This document shows, in pieces, positions 59,560 through 64,000 of a stretch of 64,000 bases of DNA. The notes beneath the pieces are model-generated. The model did no database searches. It saw only the letters and a program-made list of their open reading frames with translations, and was not told the DNA's origin. The stretch is from an uncultured Gammaproteobacteria bacterium (GTDB lineage Bacteria > Pseudomonadota > Gammaproteobacteria > Pseudomonadales > Pseudohongiellaceae), in contig CAJXVC010000013.1 of assembly GCA_913060975.1 (NCBI GenBank), forward strand, positions 1,536-65,535, given 5' to 3'. Numbering within the stretch: position 1 is the stretch's first letter; every line of letters begins with the position of its first letter. A program made the position numbers and the translations under genes.

Positions 59560-60213
59560 ATGCCTGCAGATAAATCCGATTACGCGATCAAAGTGGAAGC
59601 CCAACATATCGGGCTTTTTGAAACACCCATCACCTACAGTCAATTGCACGAGGGCGAATCCCTGCTTGTTGATCTGGAGCAGACCGTGCGCCAGCGAAAG
59701 GCAGCGAGCGAGGGCGTAAAACGCTCCAACATCGGCAGTTGGCATTCCGACACTGACATGCTGGTCTGGGGCGGAGCGCCGGCTCTGAAGCTCGCCGAGA
59801 CTGCACTATCAATTGCCAAGCGCATGAGTCACTTTCTGGAAGGCACAGTCGACAGCTACGACTGGTATGTGCGGATGTGGGCCAACATCACGCCCAAGGG
59901 TGGCTTGAATCAACCCCACGCGCACCCCGGCAACCTCTGGGCGGCAGTTCTGTATCTGGATCTTGGCGATGCAAACGCAGGCGGGGCGCTGTATCTGGAA
60001 GACCCCCGATTCCCCATGGCAGCTATGCACGATACGTCATTGCGCATGCTGGGAGTGAACGGTCAGCCGCAGCAGTACGAAGTGGATTTGAAATTACAAC
60101 GCGGCAACCTGATTGTTTTCCCGGCGTGGCTACGCCATGGCGTGCGCGTGTACAACGGCGACAGAGAGAGACTCTCCATCGCCATGAACATTGATGCCAA
60201 GAGGAAGGGTTAG
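59560..60213 (+). CDS. TIGR02466-like putative 2OG-Fe(II) oxygenase
   Basis: SN.G.WHS, WAN, H.HP, DPR, FPAWLRHGV and R.SIAMN motifs; start placed at ATG 59560. Confidence 0.82.
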   Translation: MPADKSDYAIKVEAQHIGLFETPITYSQLHEGESLLVDLEQTVRQRKAASEGVKRSNIGSWHSDTDMLVWGGAPALKLAETALSIAKRMSHFLEGTVDSYDWYVRMWANITPKGGLNQPHAHPGNLWAAVLYLDLGDANAGGALYLEDPRFPMAAMHDTSLRMLGVNGQPQQYEVDLKLQRGNLIVFPAWLRHGVRVYNGDRERLSIAMNIDAKRKG

Positions 60214-60261
60214 GCGGGTTGCCCGGGCTTTTTATTCAGACGCGTGATTTGAACGTGTCAT

Positions 60262-60978
60262 TCAAACTCGCTGCGACGTTGCACGCTTGAAGCGATAGCG
60301 ATTTACCGGGTTGAATAAACGCGCCAAACCTTTCGTAAAGGTCAGCGGACTATCGAGAACGGCAAAACACAAACAGCCTTCATCACTGGCAGGCTGATGG
60401 GTGTGTGAGGGAGTGCGGACAACAAAATCCGAAGGCCCATAGTTGCCCATCGCATCGCTGAAGCTGCCATCCAACACCAGAGTAATCTCATTACCCTGAT
60501 GCTTGTGCACCGGTACCTGACTGCCTGGTTTCATGTAGAGAAACTCGCACTGAGTTTCGTCGTCCAGCATGACTGATGCCTGATTGATGCCGCCGGCCAG
60601 TTTTTTCCAGACCAGCCCGTCGGAGGCGATGCGCGCCAACACCGATGGCAGCGTAATGCTGCGCTCATGCATGTGAATTTCTCGCACCGGAGATGCTGCA
60701 TCCTGCTCGGCAAATTCATCGGCGTCAGAGAATTGCGGCTGCGCCACAATGCTGTCGACCAGTGACGCATAATCGGACGAAGACTCCGTGCTATCGCTGC
60801 CGGTTTCAGCTAACCAGGCGAGAGTCGCCTGCGCTTCGATTTCACTGGTTCGCTGCCGACATTCAGCGCAAAGTTCAACGTGCGCCGCTATAGCGACACA
60901 CTTTCCGGTCGACAAGTTGCCGGTCGCAAACTCTTCAAGCATGGTTTCTGTCGGGTGCAGTGCGCGCTTGTCTGTCAT
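60262..60978 (-). CDS. chrR: Anti-sigma factor ChrR
   Basis: ZAS motif H...HxxxCxxC and cupin P.H.H.G.E.TLVL.G.F.D. Confidence 0.9.
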   Translation of the reverse strand: MTDKRALHPTETMLEEFATGNLSTGKCVAIAAHVELCAECRQRTSEIEAQATLAWLAETGSDSTESSSDYASLVDSIVAQPQFSDADEFAEQDAASPVREIHMHERSITLPSVLARIASDGLVWKKLAGGINQASVMLDDETQCEFLYMKPGSQVPVHKHQGNEITLVLDGSFSDAMGNYGPSDFVVRTPSHTHQPASDEGCLCFAVLDSPLTFTKGLARLFNPVNRYRFKRATSQRV

Positions 60979-61655
60979 TGCTCGATACCAATTAAGTGTC
61001 GTAATTTCCCAACCGCCAGCCGTAACCTGGACTTCAGCGTTCCCAATGGAATCTGAAGGTGTTCGGCCGCTTCCTCATGGGTGCGGTCATGAATATAAAT
61101 TTGTTCAACTACCTCGCGTTGTGCGTCAGGCAGTTGCTCGTAATAAGCTTCTATCTGGGCTATCTCTACTTCCTGTGAGCCTTGTTCTTCATGCACCATA
61201 TTGCCATCGTGCTCGCCTTCCTGGGGCCAGATGTCATCGGCGTTCACTGTCGATGGTTGCCGCTTTAGTTTACGCAGCATATCGAAACAGCGATTTCGTG
61301 TGAGAGTAAAAATCCAGCTTTGGGCCGTGCCTCTGTCCAGGTCGTAAAGCGGCGCCTTTTGCCAAACGGTTAGCATCGCTTCCTGCACCAGATCGTTCGA
61401 CAACTGCTCATTACGCGTCAGCTTCATACCCATGGCAAATATGCGCTTGGCGAAGCGCTTGAACAGTTGGTCAAATGCCTGGCGATCCTTGCTGTTGCCC
61501 ACGGCGATCAGGAGCTTTTCATCACTGATCTCCTGCTCCGCCTCTATTGCGGGCGCTATATCGGCCACAGCCGCAGCTTCTGTGCGACTGTCAGAGGCCT
61601 TGCGGCTCCGAGGCACAGAGGGCGGTGGCAATCCGTCTGAAATCGAATTACCCAT
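60975..61655 (-). CDS. rpoE: ECF sigma factor (RpoE of the ChrR system)
   Basis: DLVQE, WIF...RNR..D.LR and IPLGT.KSRLRLA motifs; overlaps chrR; start uncertain (61655 or 61691). Confidence 0.85.
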   Translation of the reverse strand: MGNSISDGLPPPSVPRSRKASDSRTEAAAVADIAPAIEAEQEISDEKLLIAVGNSKDRQAFDQLFKRFAKRIFAMGMKLTRNEQLSNDLVQEAMLTVWQKAPLYDLDRGTAQSWIFTLTRNRCFDMLRKLKRQPSTVNADDIWPQEGEHDGNMVHEEQGSQEVEIAQIEAYYEQLPDAQREVVEQIYIHDRTHEEAAEHLQIPLGTLKSRLRLAVGKLRHLIGIEQ

Positions 61656-61701
61656 GCCAAATTCTTCCATTGATGGCGCCAGAGTGCTCATAAGCACCGA
61701 A

Positions 61702-61727
61702 AACGCTGTTTGTTCCTGCCTGGATCA
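61702..61727 (-). promoter_or_regulatory. sigmaE(ChrR)-type autoregulatory promoter
   Basis: TGATCC-N16-CGTT. Confidence 0.65.
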
Positions 61728-61755
61728 CTACTGGTCGCATCCTTTCTGTCGCCTG

Positions 61756-61782
61756 TGATCCAAAACCCTACCAGAACCCGTA
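61756..61782 (+). promoter_or_regulatory. sigmaE(ChrR)-type promoter of the SnoaL-SDR-oxidoreductase operon
   Basis: TGATCC-N17-CGTA. Confidence 0.75.
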
Positions 61783-61819
61783 TCGCTGGTGAATCACACT
61801 GAACCCGGGCCTCTATGCT

Positions 61820-62290
61820 ATGACCGCAACACCAGAACTGCAAACTGCGCAGAATATGACTAGCGCGGAATATTTGGCTGACCGGGTCATTAAGGCCTAC
61901 CAATCCCTCAATTCCGAGGATTTATTCGATGTTGGAGCGCTTTACGCCCCTGATGTCTACTTCGAAGACCCCACCCACGGCATTCAGGGCAAGGCAGCAT
62001 TGATGAAGTACTTCACAAAAATGTTCCGCAATCTGCGCGACTGCGAGTTCAAGTTCCATCAGACGATCAGCAACGGTACTGACATTTTCCTGTCCTGGAC
62101 CATGTTGCTTAGCCACCCAAGCATTAAAAAAGGCGAAACTATCCGCATCGAAGGCGCCAGTTACCTGAAAACACGCAATGGCAAGATTTACTATCACCGC
62201 GACTATTTCGACATGGGGGCCATGCTGTATGAACACCTGCCAGTGATGGGCCGCGTAATCCACCACTTGAAAGAACGGCTAGTACGATGA
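61820..62290 (+). CDS. NTF2/SnoaL-like protein
   Basis: Y..DV.F.DP and HRDYFD.G..LYE..P motifs. Confidence 0.85.
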   Translation: MTATPELQTAQNMTSAEYLADRVIKAYQSLNSEDLFDVGALYAPDVYFEDPTHGIQGKAALMKYFTKMFRNLRDCEFKFHQTISNGTDIFLSWTMLLSHPSIKKGETIRIEGASYLKTRNGKIYYHRDYFDMGAMLYEHLPVMGRVIHHLKERLVR

Positions 62291-63015
62291 AAATCCTCGT
62301 TACTGGCAGTACCTCCGGTATCGGCCAACAGTTGGCATTGGACTACCTCAAAGCGGGTCATACTGTTTATTGCTGCGGCCGCAAAGAAGAACCCCTGGCC
62401 GAATTGCACAAGGCGTATCCCGAACAGGCCCGCATTTTGTGTTTCGATGTAGCAGACTATTCGGCCTGCAAGACTCACTTGCAAGGCCTTGCTGAACTGG
62501 ACATAGTGATACTCAATGCTGGCACTTGTGAGTATGTTGATGCGCAGAAGCTGGACGCTGCCCTGTTCAAACGCGTCTTCGATATCAATGTCGGCGGCGT
62601 TGTGAATTGTTTGGAATTCCTGGTGCCACAGATGGCCACCAACGGCAATCTGGCGTTAATGGGCAGCAGTTCCAGCTTCTTGCCTTTGCCGCGCGCGGAG
62701 GCTTATGGCGCACCCAAAGCAGCAATCGCGTATCTGGCCAGCACACTGTCTATTTCGCTTCGCGCACAGCAAATTCATGTTTCCTATATTGCTCCGGGAT
62801 TTGTCGATACCCCGCTGACTAAGAGAAACGACTTCCCGATGCCCATGCAGGTGAGTACCGAATTCGCTGCCAGAAAAATTCGTCTGGGAATCAGCAACAA
62901 CAAGCGCGTGATTCATTTCCCGCGCCTCTTCACCGGCTTCCTGAAATTATTGGCTGCGCTGCCCATGGGTATTCAAAGCCGACTCATCGCACGCGCCACA
63001 TTGCGCCGACCCTGA
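62287..63015 (+). CDS. SDR family oxidoreductase
   Basis: TGSTSGIG, NAG, YGAPK (YxxxK) and PGFVDTPLT motifs. Confidence 0.9.
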   Translation: MKILVTGSTSGIGQQLALDYLKAGHTVYCCGRKEEPLAELHKAYPEQARILCFDVADYSACKTHLQGLAELDIVILNAGTCEYVDAQKLDAALFKRVFDINVGGVVNCLEFLVPQMATNGNLALMGSSSSFLPLPRAEAYGAPKAAIAYLASTLSISLRAQQIHVSYIAPGFVDTPLTKRNDFPMPMQVSTEFAARKIRLGISNNKRVIHFPRLFTGFLKLLAALPMGIQSRLIARATLRRP

Positions 63016-63051
63016 TTGAAAATTGCTGCGGTACAAGGAAGTGAAACCAGT

Positions 63052-64000
63052 ATGAACAAACAACGCATTGCTATCATTGGTAGTGGTATCTCCGGTCTGA
63101 CCAGCGCCTATTTGCTGCACAAGTCGCACGACATAACTGTGTTCGAGGCCAACGACTACATTGGTGGTCACACGCACACTGTGCCAGTTGCCATGGATGG
63201 CAAACAACTGGCTGTGGATACCGGATTTATTGTCTGTAATGACCGCAACTACCCCAATTTTTTGCGCTTCATGCAGCAGCTTGGTGTCGAACTACAGCCC
63301 ACAGAAATGAGTTTTAGTGTTCTCAATAAACCGCTCAATCTGGAGTACAACGGGCACAACCTGAATACGCTGTTTGGCCAACGGCGAAATCTGCTAAGAC
63401 CAAAATTCCATGGCCTGGTACAAGACATTCTGACCTTTAACAAAGCGGCCAAAGCTGCTGCCCATGATCAGGACTATCAGGCAGAAACACTGGGCAGCTT
63501 TGCAGAGTCATTGGCTGTCGGGCCGCTGTTCATGGACAACTACCTGCTACCGATGGTGGCGGCCATCTGGTCTTGCTCGCTGGCTCAGGCTAAGCAGTTC
63601 CCCCTGCCATTCTTCCTGAAATTCTTTCTTAACCACGGCCTGCTGGATATTCGTAACAGGCCGCAGTGGTATGTTTTGCAGGGCGGCTCCCATGCCTATA
63701 TAGAGCCCATGACCAAAGACTTCAAAAACCGCATTCGCCTGAACACGCCAGTAACAACGATTGAACGTACAGCACAATGCATCAAAGTCAGCGGGGCCGA
63801 CTTTAGCGAAGAGTTTGATCAGGTTGTCATGGCCTGCCATAGTGATCAGGCTCTGAAACTGCTTGGCAAGCCTACTGAGAGAGAGCACAAGATACTTGGG
63901 GCAATTGCTTACCAGAACAACGACGTCATCCTGCACACTGACACCAACCTCATGCCGCGCCGCCAGCGTTGCTGGGCAAGTTGGAACTTTCTCGCTGGTG
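63052..64000 (+). CDS. FAD-dependent oxidoreductase (COG2907-like; runs off the window)
   Basis: Manual translation MNKQRIAIIGSGISG...GGHTHT...DTGFIV.N...YPNF; typical member of the sigmaE-ChrR regulon. Confidence 0.88.
   Translation, partial: MNKQRIAIIGSGISGLTSAYLLHKSHDITVFEANDYIGGHTHTVPVAMDGKQLAVDTGFIVCNDRNYPNFLRFMQQLGVELQPTEMSFSVLNKPLNLEYNGHNLNTLFGQRRNLLRPKFHGLVQDILTFNKAAKAAAHDQDYQAETLGSFAESLAVGPLFMDNYLLPMVAAIWSCSLAQAKQFPLPFFLKFFLNHGLLDIRNRPQWYVLQGGSHAYIEPMTKDFKNRIRLNTPVTTIERTAQCIKVSGADFSEEFDQVVMACHSDQALKLLGKPTEREHKILGAIAYQNNDVILHTDTNLMPRRQRCWASWNFLAG

Overview
This is a chromosomal window from a marine-type gammaproteobacterium; gene order and style suggest the OM182/Pseudohongiella group (inference only). 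Positions 1-27 kb are mostly core genes: tyrS (partial), M23 peptidase, anmK, erpA, bactofilin, argC, hemJ-thiD-thiE-hemL, a PfkB kinase, grpE-dnaK-dnaJ with sigma32 promoters, recN, fur, bamE, ratAB, an NSS transporter, smpB and tmRNA. An inserted metal-uptake block holds a His-rich ZnuD-like TonB receptor with an upstream CxxC/RAPP leader ORF, an ArsA-like ATPase and a small CC-terminated protein. Directly after tmRNA is a ~5 kb AT-rich, integrase-less island bounded by a degenerate copy of the tmRNA 3' end. It encodes a closely spaced, partly overlapping four-gene set (beta-class amino-MTase, XPB/ResIII-like SF2 helicase, PD-(D/E)xK-like protein, MORC/GHKL ATPase), the best candidate here for an undescribed defence system. 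Next come a TAXI-TRAP module flanked by a ~600 bp direct repeat, secreted enzymes (haloalkane dehalogenase, two PQQ dehydrogenases) and an unannotated 30-aa histone-H1-like ORF. The last third has a TBDR/TPR-oxygenase/TPR-sulfotransferase cluster, a Pho-box-marked phoB-TBDR-surface protein-oxygenase locus, and the sigmaE-ChrR singlet-oxygen module. No CRISPR, rRNA or tRNA was seen.
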